Of a DNA stretch of 64,000 bases, positions 1-10,499 are shown piece by piece. This stretch comes from Macrostomum lignano (lineage: Eukaryota). Under the pieces are notes generated by a model that saw only the letters and a program-made list of their open reading frames with translations, made no database searches and was not told the origin of the DNA. The translations under genes were made by a program, and so were the position numbers. The stretch spans positions 102,265-166,264 of the forward strand of contig NIVC01002506.1 of assembly GCA_002269645.1 (NCBI GenBank), written 5' to 3'. The first letter of the stretch is position 1, and every line of letters begins with the position of its first letter.

Positions 1-309
1 CCCGGCAGGTACTGCTGACGAGACGCCTAGTACGTTGAACTGCAATTCTGCACTAGGTGCTGTGTTCGTTGACTTCGTTATTTCGTTCCGACGGGAAGCT
101 CACCTCACCGAAGGCCGAGACCTGAAGGAACTGGTGGCAGCACTACCTACGCTACTGAGAGTTGAGAGAACTTCCCACTGAAGAGGCTCGAGATTTAGGG
201 TAATCCGCAAGGGCCTAAACCGGGAAGAAACCCCATAAGTACTTCACTGGTGGCAGCGGTGGGATTCAAAGACCTACCAGGCCACCCCGAGAAAACCATA
301 AGTACTTCA
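1..309 (+). mobile_element. LTR-retrotransposon remnant (LTR 3' end, PBS, second copy of the LTR end)
   Basis: ccataagtacttCA ends at 246 and is followed 1 nt later by a tRNA-complementary PBS. The same ccataagtacttca recurs ending at 309. The left boundary is outside the window. Confidence 0.5.
248..267 (+). other. Primer-binding site complementary to the 3' end of tRNA-Leu
   Basis: TGGTGGCAGCGGTGGGATTC is the reverse complement of GAATCCCACCGCTGCCA-CCA, the 3' end of metazoan tRNA-Leu(AAG/UAG) including the non-templated CCA. Confidence 0.75.
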
Positions 310-654
310 ATAGATATATCAATCTACACTCGTATGCATCGATGCAATCTATCAGATTTTAGCATAGAGGTGAATGACCTAATGAAAACGGCACCAAGGT
401 CAAGAAGCGTCCCCTAAGAGTCGTTTCATTGCTATTGCAAGCAACACAGGTAAAGTAGGAAAAAAGCGACTCTATAAGACTCTAAAACAACAAGATGTCA
501 CGGTACAATTCGCCAAAAAGTCGTAAAAAAGAGTTTTCTAAGAGTCAATTTGAAGCGTTTTTTGCCGGTGACTCTGAAACGACCCTGGAGCCGTAGAGTT
601 GTATCTGAGGCGTGCCAAAGTCGCTGTAGAATCACTGAGTTGCGTCTGAACCGC

Positions 655-905
655 ATCTGCATGTAGTGGATGGGGCATCGGACTCACGACTTGAAGGTCG
701 AGAGTTCGATTCCCAAATCCCACTCGTGCTTCAGTTTACCCAGTTGTAAAATGGGGTAATTGAGGGTGTGTGTGGCGACCCCCCCCCCAGTCCTTGGACT
801 GAACAGCCGTACGCAGACTTCAGATGCGCCGCGCAATAGCTGCGGCTGAGCTGTCGGTTGCACATCTGGCCCAATTGGGGCAGGTGTAATCAATTATTAT
901 TATTA
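655..905 (+). mobile_element. tRNA-derived CORE-like SINE (copy 1, internal deletion)
   Basis: A-box-like tagtggatgggg, B-box-like agttcgattccc, CORE-like cagtttacccagttgtaaaatggg and an (ATT)n tail. Homologous to the copies at ~60478-61040 and ~61603-61880. Confidence 0.75.
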
Positions 906-1306
906 CCACTGAGTTAGTAGAAAGCTAAGAGCTGAAACAACGACTTTGAGTGACTTTTTTCACGACTAACGACTATGAAACTGACGTGATCCACTCGCGA
1001 CTCAACAGTCGCTTCTCCATCGCATTGCAGTCGTTTTATGAGTCATTAAAATAGTCACACGAGTTGCCCCAGAGTCACTTGAGATTTAGAAGTTTTGAGT
1101 TGCACCTCGGACAAAGCGCATTATTTAAAACTGGAAAGTCCTGAAGGCGTTGCACCAGGGTGCTGTGCAACTGCAATCAGACAACTGACATTTCAAATGG
1201 TATTTCAACAACAAACAATCGCTTCCGTACTCATTATTGTCCTACCAAGCAGACAAGTACATTACTATATAAAGTCACCCCTCGTGAGAACAAGCTGTCC
1301 GCTCAC

Positions 1307-4300
1307 CTGCCGCTCCAGCGCCACGTCTGCATCAGCGTCAGCTTCCATCGCGGCCGATCCCGCCGACTGGGCGGCCTGGCGGCGCGACTTGCCGCGGGAC
1401 TTCCGAGACTTGGCGGACGGTCCCGGAGGATTCTCGACATCCTCATCGGCGGCTTCTGCTGAAGGTGGCGGCGGAGGTGGCGGCGGTGGAGGTGGCGGTG
1501 GAGGCGTCGGCCGAAAGATCTTCTCAGTCACGGAGGCCTCTGGAATCCACTGCTTCAGGGCCTGAAATGATGTTTTTAGAACGCGTGTGCAATGACGCAT
1601 TAAGTCTCTTCTCTTGGATCTTCTTGACCGATGCCAGAGCAGGCAATCGTGGTTTTTAACACTTGCTTCAGACACTTAATAACACTTAATTTAATAGCTC
1701 GTAATAACAATGAAAATGCTTCTGCTTTGTCGAAGCCCGTGCAATATAACAGTTGACAAAAATAGGTGACAAATTGGCAAAAAGAGTCGCCAGTTAAGAA
1801 GGTAGCTCTATAAGTAGCCTATAACCCTGACTACAGCATTATGCATATTTAGCATTCACTTCTCCCCTCTCACCTCGACAAACGCGGAGGCCAGCGGGCT
1901 CAACTTGGTCCGAGACTCGTCCGACAGTTGAGCGATGAGGTGCGGCCTGAGCTTGCCGCCCGGGCAGGACTTCAGCTCTGCCTGCACTGCTTTCAGTTGC
2001 CAGGCAGTTTGCCGGGCCAGCAGCAGTCCGCAGAGCTGCTGCTCAGACAGGTGCTCAGCCAGCAGCAGCGCCTGCCTGCTGAACACCCGGTTGAAACGGG
2101 CGAGCAGGCGCTGCAGCTCGGAGCGGGCGCGATCCTGCTCCTCTGACACCTACGGGATACGTGCGGCACTGATTGTCAGTAACTGTGTCACTTGTTGTGT
2201 CACTGACTCATTCACTCAATCACTGACTATTTCATCGACTGTGTCACTGTGTCACTTTTTTTTCGGTGTCACTGATTGTCTCACCGATGTGTCACTGATT
2301 AGGTCACTGATGTGTCACTGTGTCACTAATTGTGTCATTGACAGTAATACTGATTGTGTCACTGACTGTGTCAATGATTGTCTCACTGAATGTGTCACTG
2401 ATAGTGTCACTGACGGTGTCACTGATTGTCTCACCGATGTGTCACTGATTAGGTCACTGATGTGTCACTGTGTCACTAATTGTGTCATTGACAGTAAGAC
2501 TGATTATGTCACTGACTGTGTCAATGATTGTCTCACTGAATGTGTCACTGATAGTGTCACTGACGGTGTCACTGATTGTCTCACCGATGTGTCACTGATT
2601 AGGTCACTGATGTGTCACTGTGTCACTAATTGTGTCATTGACTGTAAGACTGATTGTGTCACTGACTGTGTCACTGACTGTATCACTGACTGAGTCGATG
2701 ATTGTCACTGATTGTGTCACTAGCTGTGTAACTGACTGTGTCACTGCCTGTATCACTGACTGTTTCACTAATTGTGTCACTGATTGTGTCACTGATTGTC
2801 ACTAATTGTGTCACTGATTGTGTCACTGATTGTCACTAATTTTGTCACTGGTTGTGTCACTGACTGTGTCACGGACTGTCACTGACTGTATCACTGATTA
2901 GGTTTATTACGTTGAGCTGGGTTAAGCTTATTACAACGCCGTCATTTCTCACCTGCCTCAGCTGCTCCCCACGGGCGCCGGCGCCCTCGGCGCCAGCCAG
3001 CAGCGCGGCCAGGCTGATCTTGTCCAGCTCCTTGCGGCTGCAGCGGCCGCCAACCCGCAGCACCTGGTCGGCGGGAAAGTGCTGCAGCAGATCCGACAAG
3101 AAATCGTCGAGGGCGCGGTTCTTGTAGGCCAGCACCAGGGCCGGCGGGCGGAAGGTGGGCAGCGCGGTCAGCTGGCGGACGATGAGCACCCCGAGGCGGC
3201 TCTTGCCGGTGCCCGGCGGACCCTGGATGATGGCCAGCCGCCTGTGCAGGGCGTTGGAGAAGGCTGCGGCCTGGCTGCTGTCCAGCTTCAGCTCCTGCCC
3301 GATGTCCAGGCTGGGCAGGCGCGGCGGCGCCGGCTTGGCGCTGTAATAGCGCGCCACGTAGTCTGGTAGGTCGCGAGCTCGATTCACCTGGGCGGCGGAG
3401 AGCACCTCGGCGAAGGGCAGCCGGTCAGCCTGGAACTGCTGCAGACTGCGGAGCACAGGCTCGCAGGCCTTGAACAGGGTGGGCGACTCCGCCATGAGCA
3501 TCCCGGATGACTGCCTGCGGCGGGGGGGGGGCAGTGGTCGGGTCAAATGGCCGGGCTCTCATGCTACTGTTGCTTTATGTCTAGACCCTGCACTCATCAG
3601 AGATCCCATCATGCAGGTGTTAATCCCTAATCAGAGATCCCATTAATGCAGGTGTTAATCCCTAATCAGATATCCTATCATGCAGGTGTTAATCCCTTAA
3701 TCAGAGTTCCCATCATGCAGGTGTTAATCCCTAATCAGAGATCCCATTAATGCAGGTGTTAATCCCTAATCAGAGATCCCATTATGCAGGTGTTAATCCC
3801 TAATCAGAGATCCCATCATGCAGGTGTTAATCCCTAATCAGAGATCCCATCATGCAGGTGTTAATCCCTAATCAGAGATCCCATCATGCAGGTGTCAATC
3901 CCTAATCAGAGATCCCATCATGCATTTATTAATCCCTTATCACAAGATCCCATCATGCAGGTGTTAATCCCTAATCAAAGATCCCATTATGCAGGTGTTA
4001 ATCCCTAATCAGAGATCCCATCATGCAGGTGTTAATCCCTAATCAGAGATCCCATTATGCAGGTGTTAATCCCTAATCAGAGATCCTATCATGCAGGTGT
4101 TAATCCCTAATCAGAGATCCTATCATGCAGGTGTTAATCCCTAATCAGAGATCCCATCATGCAGGTGTCAATCCCTAATCAGAGATCCCATCATGCATTT
4201 ATTAATCCCTTATCACAAGATCCCTTCATGCAGGTGTTAATCCCTAATCAAAGATCCCATTATGCAGGTGTTAATCCCTTAATCAGAGATCCCATCATGC

Positions 4301-6797
4301 ATTTATTAATCCCTAATCACAAGATCCCATCATGCAGGTGTTAATCCCTAATCAGAGATCCCATCATGCAGGTGTTAATCCCTAATCAGAGATTTCATCA
4401 TGCAGGTGTTAATCCCTAATCAGAGATTTCATCATGCAGGTGTTAATCCCTAATCAGAGATCCTATCATGCAGGTGTTAATCCCTAATCAGATATCCTAT
4501 CATGCAGGTGCTAATCCCTAATCAGAGATCCCATCATGCAGGTGTTAATCCCTAATCAGAGATCCCATCATGTATTTATTAATCCCTAATCAGAGATCCA
4601 ATTATGCAGGTGTTAAACCCTTACAACCTCACAACAGCCACAAAAGCATCTGCCGCACCCAGTCTCACCTGGCCAGCATGCTCTGGAAGGCTTGCACATC
4701 GCTAACGGGGTTGCAGTCGCTGCACAGCTCGATCCAGATCACCGACTCCCGCTGCAGCTGCTTGGAGTCGCGAAAGGCCACGGTGGCCCACAGCATCTGG
4801 GCCGGGTCGAAGTTCGCATCCGGGGAGATGCACAGCAGATTGCCGGGCAGCAGCTTGGAGCTGCGGTCCCAGCGCTCCACCTGGTCACCGTTGCCGAGGC
4901 GGAACCAAAGGCCGAGGGTCATCGGCCAGGAGCCGCCGCAGCTGCTGCTCAGGCGGACTCCGCACAGGCGCACCGCGGTGTAGACCGACATGTCCCGACC
5001 GTCCAGCTCGCCGCGCTGCCAGGCGCGAGTGCCCTTGACAACCCGGTCGAAGCAGTCGGCTCGGAATAGCCTGCGGAAGGCGGAAATGCTGTGTTAGCTG
5101 GACTAACGATATGTATCGTAGTATGAATAACTATGATTTTTCAAATAAAAGTAAGTAGACAGACAGACAGACAGACAGACAGAAAGCAGGCAGACAGACA
5201 GACAGACAGGCAGACAGACAGACAGACAGACAGACAGGCAGACAGGCAGACAGACAGACAGACAGACAGACACAGACAGGCAGACAGACAGACAGACACA
5301 GACAGGCAGACAGACAGAGACAGACAGACAGACAGACAGACAGCCAGACAGCCGCGCACCTGAAATAGGTATTGCAGTAGTCTTCCACATCTTCATAGGC
5401 TCCCCGCGCTCGAACCGGCAGCAGAAACTCGGACACAGCGGAGCCGCGGCCTTCCATCTCGAAGGCGGTGGGCACCACGGGCAGCCGGCGCCACGGCAGC
5501 CGGAGCTGCTCGCTGCCTTCGGGCGCCACCGACAGCCGCAGCAGCTCCAGAAGCAGACCCTGGCTGGTCCGCGTCGTTCCTTCAGCGTCATCGGCGCCGA
5601 CCACCAGCGGCTCCAGGAGGCGCAGCATCGCTGGCACGCTGCAGCTCTTGGCCAGGTCCAGGCACAGTCTGAGGTATTCCAGCATCAGCCGGCGGTCCTT
5701 GGACTTTCCCTCGGCGGCGCTTTCGAACAGCGGAGTGAAAAATTCGGCAGGAGCCTGCGTGCCACCGGCAGACAGGCAGCGGTCCAGAAAGTTCGGCAGC
5801 AGGCCGCGGCGGCGCAGCGGTGGCCGGTTCAGACCCAGGGACAGCCGGCACAGGGAGCGGGCCGTCTGCGGGTGGAGGCAGTGAGGGGTGGAGGCGGCGG
5901 TGAGGGGTGGAGGCGGCGGTGAGGGGTGGAGGCGGTGAGGGGTGGAGGCGGCGGTGAGGTGTGGAGGCGGTGAGGGGTGGAGGCGGCGGTGAGGGGTGGA
6001 GGCGGTGAGGGGTGGAGGCGGTGAGGGGTGGAGGCAGTGAGGGGTGGAGGCAGTGAGGGGTGGAGGCAGTGAGGGGTGGAGGCAGTAGGGGGTGGAGGCG
6101 GTGAGGGGTGGAGGCAGTGAGGGGTGGAGGCAGTAGGGGGTGGAGGCAGTGAGGGGTGGAGGCAGAAAGGGGTGGAGGCAGTAAGGGTGGAGGCAGTAAG
6201 GGTGGAGGCAGTAAGGGGTGGAGGCGGTGAGGGGTGGAGGCGGTGAGGGGTAGATGACGGCGTCTTCATTCATTAAACTGGAAAAAGTCAAACGTTTAAG
6301 CCGCATACCTTCAAGTCGACCTCGCGAGCAGTGAGTTCCTGCCAGAGTGGCTCGCACCGCACTGCAGCCACCAATGCCTCCTCATTTTTCTCAGCCACAT
6401 CATCATCATCTTCAGCTGCAGCAGCATGCAGGAGATCCAGGCAGATGGTGAGGGCAGCCTGCCACTCTTCAGGGTTGCGGCGAGCCAAGCTGATCAGGGT
6501 TGGCTTTTGTGCATACGGCTTGGCCTCGCCGCTTCCATCTGGCTTCTTGCTGCCCTCTTTGGGTATGAAGCTTATGCGATCAGCAATTTTAGGCTGAAGG
6601 ATATCTCCATAGCCAGTGAGATTTGAGTAGTGAAAATGGTAGTCACTGATTTCATTATATTCGGAGTTCTCTTTGCCAATTCCAGGCTCCTTGCTTTGGC
6701 GCTGCTTGACTTTGATGAATCCAAATTTTTTATGAGGGAAAATTCTAACAATGGACCCAGTAGCACTGCTACTAGGGCCTATATTGTCTGGCTCCAT
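1307..6797 (-). CDS. ZNFX1-like: ZNFX1-like superfamily-1 (UPF1-like) RNA helicase with N-terminal cold-shock domain; partial, continues beyond position 1
   Basis: Phase-consistent GT-AG exons: 6309-6797, 5360-5865, 4669-5070, 2953-3514, 1874-2149, 1307-1561 (830 codons). Motifs [44 protein letters not shown], Walker [12 protein letters not shown] and [14 protein letters not shown] match the ZNFX1 family pattern. Motif II and later motifs are not in the window. Confidence 0.85.
2165..2900. repeat. Intronic minisatellite (~12-bp tgtcactgattg unit with 150-bp higher-order repeat)
   Basis: Block tcaccgatgt recurs at 2281, 2431 and 2581. Lies in intron 2150-2952. Confidence 0.9.
2953..3514 (-). 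CDS. Helicase-core exon of the ZNFX1-like gene (motifs Q, I, Ia)
   Basis: [29 protein letters not shown]...[16 protein letters not shown]. Acceptor ccgcag and donor CAG|GTGAGA have matching phases. Confidence 0.9.
3598..4615. repeat. Intronic 34-bp tandem repeat
   Basis: Unit catcatgcaggtgttaatccctaatcagagatcc, ~30 copies. Fills intron 3515-4668. Confidence 0.95.
5155..5350. repeat. (AGAC)n microsatellite in intron
   Basis: agacagacag... with aggc variants. Lies in intron 5071-5359. Confidence 0.95.
5868..6255. repeat. G-rich 16/19-bp intronic minisatellite
   Basis: gaggggtggaggc(a/g)gt units fill intron 5866-6308. Confidence 0.95.
6309..6797 (-). CDS. First coding exon of the ZNFX1-like gene; contains a cold-shock (OB-fold) domain
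   Basis: ATG at 6797 with an in-frame TGA immediately upstream. [16 protein letters not shown] (RNP1-like), DYHFHYSNL (RNP2-like), ADRISF and KPYA align with CspA/CSDE1-type CSDs. Donor AAG|GTATGC. Confidence 0.75.
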
Positions 6798-7155
6798 TCA
6801 CATGAAGTTAAGGATAGAATATTAATTTTTTATTGAGAGAAATCAATTTAAAAAAGATTATAAAAATAAAATACAAGATAAATTATTTCCTAGGAATATA
6901 AGCAAGTTTAAAATAAGGCTTTACATATAAAAATGTTCATTAATTTCTTATTTATATTATACCATACTCTAGTTTATACAATAGTATTATTTTTTATAAC
7001 TGATTACATTAAAATTTTGTTTAAATATACAAATACTAAACCTTAATACCTATTTGAAATGACAAAAATTAATAAATAATGAAGTAATGAAAAATTACTT
7101 TAAACTTGTTTCATAATAAACATAGTTTCAAATATATTATTACAAAGGTAATATC

Positions 7156-7326
7156 ATACATGCGCAACCTTGGGAATCACCCGGCCATTTCTATTGGCAA
7201 CACACACATGTAAGTTGCTATTGGCTGAGAGCAGTCACGTGACTACTATTCTGTCCCATAGCAACTTACATGTATGTGTTGCCAATAGAAACGGCCAAGT
7301 GAATCCCAAGTTTGCGCCCAAGCATG
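7156..7326. mobile_element. ~170-bp palindromic MITE-like element (copy 1)
   Basis: Long imperfect inverted arms (gcgcaaccttgggaatcac...tattggcaacacacacatgtaagttgctat / atagcaacttacatgtatgtgttgccaata...gtgaatcccaagtttgcgc). A near-identical inverted copy lies at 9121-9292. Confidence 0.8.
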
Positions 7327-7985
7327 GATAAAATTAAAATAGTTGCTAAAACATATAAAATTTTAGCAATAAAACTCAAATGTGCAGCTCTTAACCTAAG
7401 ATATATGAAAAGAGAGAGGGTATAAAAAGCAAAAATTAAAACCCTGTGGGCTTCCTGCAGATAGCTTGCATTGGCATAGGTGTGAGCAGCAATAATTGTA
7501 CCAAGATATTTCTGGCCTAGATAGCTACACCAAGAAGCAGATGATATGTAGCTGGGTCTCTCACTTCCAAGAATGGGTATAGATGTAGGTTGCAAAAGTG
7601 ATTATTAGCTCTAAGACTCCCAAAAGGCACCTAGTCTTTATTAGTTGGATAAAAATTATGATAGTCATCTAGATTAGTACACTAGACTAATTTGAAAGCC
7701 TTGGCTTAGGTGGCAATTGTGTGTTCGCAATGGCAAAGGCATAGGAGTGACTGGGGGAATAAGTGCATGTGATATATGACTCATTGACTTAGATGTGAAT
7801 CTGCAATATGAGTGTTTGCCATAGTTAGGAAGGTGTCCCATATTCTAGAATTTTCTGGCCTACATTAGCCCCACATAGTTCATTGGCATGCATATTTGGT
7901 ACAAAAGTGGTATAAAAAGCAACTTGAAAATAGGTGCAAGTATCCTCCAGTTTCTGTAATTACATTACATTACATTGCAACAACG

Positions 7986-9740
7986 CTAGGGTCGGGGGGC
8001 GCTAGCGCGTACACAATTGCAAAAAAAGAGGGGCAGGGCAGGTCGCAGCAGTCTGGGGGTCAGTCCAATTGCCTCCAGGTCGGCAACAAGTGTCTCCGGG
8101 AGCGTCTGGGTCCGCCCTTGGCCGCGGCGGAACCATTCGGTCGGCGGGTGCAGAACGGCCAGTCCGAGCGGGTTGTCGTCATCGCGGGCAAACCACCGCA
8201 GGCAGTGTCCCAGCAGGGCCTGGCGGCGCCGGCGGAGGGTGGCGCTGAGGGACGGAGATTTCGATCTCGCCATCAGCTGGGCCGTCGGGAGGACGGCCGG
8301 GTAGCGCACGCCCAGCGCCTTGCGCAGCAGGTTGCGGTGCATCGCGTCCAAGGCCCGCTCGCGCGTGGTTGTCATCGGGACAGCCTCCATGCCGTAGAGA
8401 AGGATCGGCTCTACGGCGGCGCGGGACAGGTGGATCTTCAGGTCGTCACGCGCTCCGGAGGTGAAGATCGGCCTGAGGTGATGCATGGCGCACAAGGCCT
8501 GGGTCTTCCTGTCCATGATGATCGCCTCTGGGCTCATCACGAGGGTGCCTAGGTAGCGGAAGTCGCTGCACGTTGAGATGGCCTCGCCGTTGGGCAGGGT
8601 CAGCGGTGGGGCATTGTCAGCACCCACGTGCAGAACCTCTGTCTTGCCTGCGTTAATCTGCAGGCCGATCCGAGCGCCTTCCTCGGAGAGTTGAGTAAGA
8701 GCGTGCTGAGCTGCTACAAAGTCTCGGCACAGCAGCGCGATGTCATCAGCGTAGGCGAGGGCTGGGAGCGTCACGGCAGTGTGGCGGGAGCTACTCTGAG
8801 GCGCAAGGACAAAGCTGTTGTCGTCTCGAAGGGAGCGGCGCAGGATGTAGTCAACAGCCAGAATGAAAAGCAGGGGAGATAGCGTGTCCCCTTGGAGCAC
8901 CCCGGAAGTGGTATCAAACTCGACCGTAGGGCCATCGCTGGAATCAACAAATGCCTTTGAGTTGTGGTACAGGTTCATATCTGCCGTCACCAGGGTGTCG
9001 GGGATGCCGTAATGAGCCAGGAGCCAGGCTAAAGCCGTCCTGCTGACAGAGTAGAAGGCCTTCCGGAAGTCAACGAAGACGATAGACACGGCTCGACGAC
9101 AAGTCTTACAGGTTTCGACACATGCTTGGGCGCAACCTTGGGATTCACTTGGCCGTTTTTATTGGCAACACACACATGTATGTCGCTATTGGACAGAATA
9201 GTAGTCACATGACTGCTCTCAGCCAATAGCGACTTACATGTGTGTGTTGCCAATAGAAATGGCCGGGTGATTCCCAAGGTTGCGCATGTATGTTTTGACA
9301 ATACACTGAATGGCCACAATCTGCTCCATGGTGGATCTGCCAGACCTAAAGCCGCTTTGGAGCTCGAGCAGCAGCGAGTTCAGGACAGGGAGGAGCCGAT
9401 TGCGCAACACTGCGTTCAGCAGCTTTGGCAGCGTACACTCCAATGTGATGCCGCATTGGTTTTCAAGGCTTGTGGAGGTGCCCTTCTTTGAGATGGAGAC
9501 AATTCTTGAAGTACACCAGAGGGGGGCAGCTGTAGCAGCTGGGTCGCCGCCAAGACAGCAGTACTTGTTCAGGATGCTAGTAATGCTGTCTGTAAACTCT
9601 GGCAACTGCAGAACCCTAGAAGGCACTCGGTCGACTCCATAGGCAGCGTCAGTATATATGCTCTTCAGCGCCTTGGTAGCTTTCACAGCAGTGATTGGGC
9701 CAGTGTAGAAGTTGCCATGATGGGCTAGGGTGAAGCTGGC
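7986..9740 (-). pseudogene. Reverse transcriptase ORF remnant split by a MITE insertion
   Basis: Two ORF pieces (9294-~9740 and 7986-9120) join as EQIVAIQCIV-ETCKTCRRAVSIVFVDFRKAF. Degenerate residues include NQCGI for the usual NYRGI and KAFYSV for KAFDSV. Confidence 0.85.
9121..9292. mobile_element. Palindromic MITE-like element (copy 2) inserted in the RT ORF
   Basis: Reverse complement of 7156-7326. Interrupts the RT between IV and ETCK, with a possible ~9-bp TSD tgtc(a/g)aaac on the minus strand. Confidence 0.8.
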
Positions 9741-10499
9741 AGAAGGGAGAAGGGGAGATGCAGAAGGGGAAAAGGGAACTAAATACATAAACAATTATTT
9801 ATTGTTAGTTTCTATAACAAAAGGTGAAACATTTCAAAGAAATAGGTAAGTAGTTTAAAAGAGGAAATGGGAGTGCAAACAAAAAATGAAAATATAAATA
9901 ATTGAATGTGATAATCCTATATACTAAAAATGAAATGTCTGTAACTAACTAGCTATGCGATAGATTTCAGAAAAAATGGCTCAACCGATTTTCTTCAAAC
10001 TTGCACCATTCGATCAGAAATGTTCCTGGGACGGTACATGTATCTTGGCTAAGAAATTGCTCAATGTTAAAGGGATTAAATATTCGAAAAACATGCTTTT
10101 TTGCAAAGGTCAAGCCAAATTTTTGACTTGAAATGCATTGTAAGAATGCTAGAGAAAAAACTGACTGGCTGAATTACGATTGTGATAAAGATTGCATCAC
10201 AACAAGGTGAAAACAGTGCCACAGAAACGCACACAAGACTTCATTGAAATTGCGTAACCATATTGCTAACTTGAATTGAGACTGATACTGGCTGACTGAG
10301 AAATTGATTATGTCATAACTTTTTACTCTTACCGACTTGCTATAAGTATTGAATTATAAGGGCCACAAGTCATGTTCTCCAATTGAAAAGAGATAGCCGG
10401 ATGCAAACAGACTGGAATGCTAATGTAGCGACCTTGGTTCGAATCTTAGTGGTGAAAAATGTTTTTTTTATTAAAACACGTTAAAAAACACAAAATTCT

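Larger units (their letters stand above)
7960..9806 (-). mobile_element. 5'-truncated RTE-like non-LTR retrotransposon (LINE)
   Basis: RT motifs QSGFRSGRST, FVDFRKAF, GVLQGDTLSPLLF, YADD, FRYLG. Tail (TGTAA)3 at ~7960-7975. Possible 11-bp TSD agtttct(g/a)taa at 7949-7959 and 9807-9817 (1 mismatch). No endonuclease domain. Confidence 0.85.

Noticed and set aside
55-85. AVFVDF reading as an RT motif
   Set aside because: It is a six-codon coincidence with no surrounding RT sequence.
400-1100. GACTC/GAGTC-rich flanks as a MITE around SINE copy 1
   Set aside because: Only short, patchy inverted similarity; no definable termini or TSD.
5131-6357. 408-aa ORF as a single CDS
   Set aside because: Only 5360-5865 is exon. 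The rest is read-through into repeat-filled introns bounded by canonical splice sites.
7825-7865. Similarity (aaattctag..ggacaccttcctaa) to 41341-41372
   Set aside because: Too short and degenerate to define a repeat family without a search.
7896-8552. 218-aa plus-strand ORF and other antisense ORFs over GC-rich exons
   Set aside because: These are shadow ORFs opposite the real RT, helicase, MOB3 and giant-gene frames.
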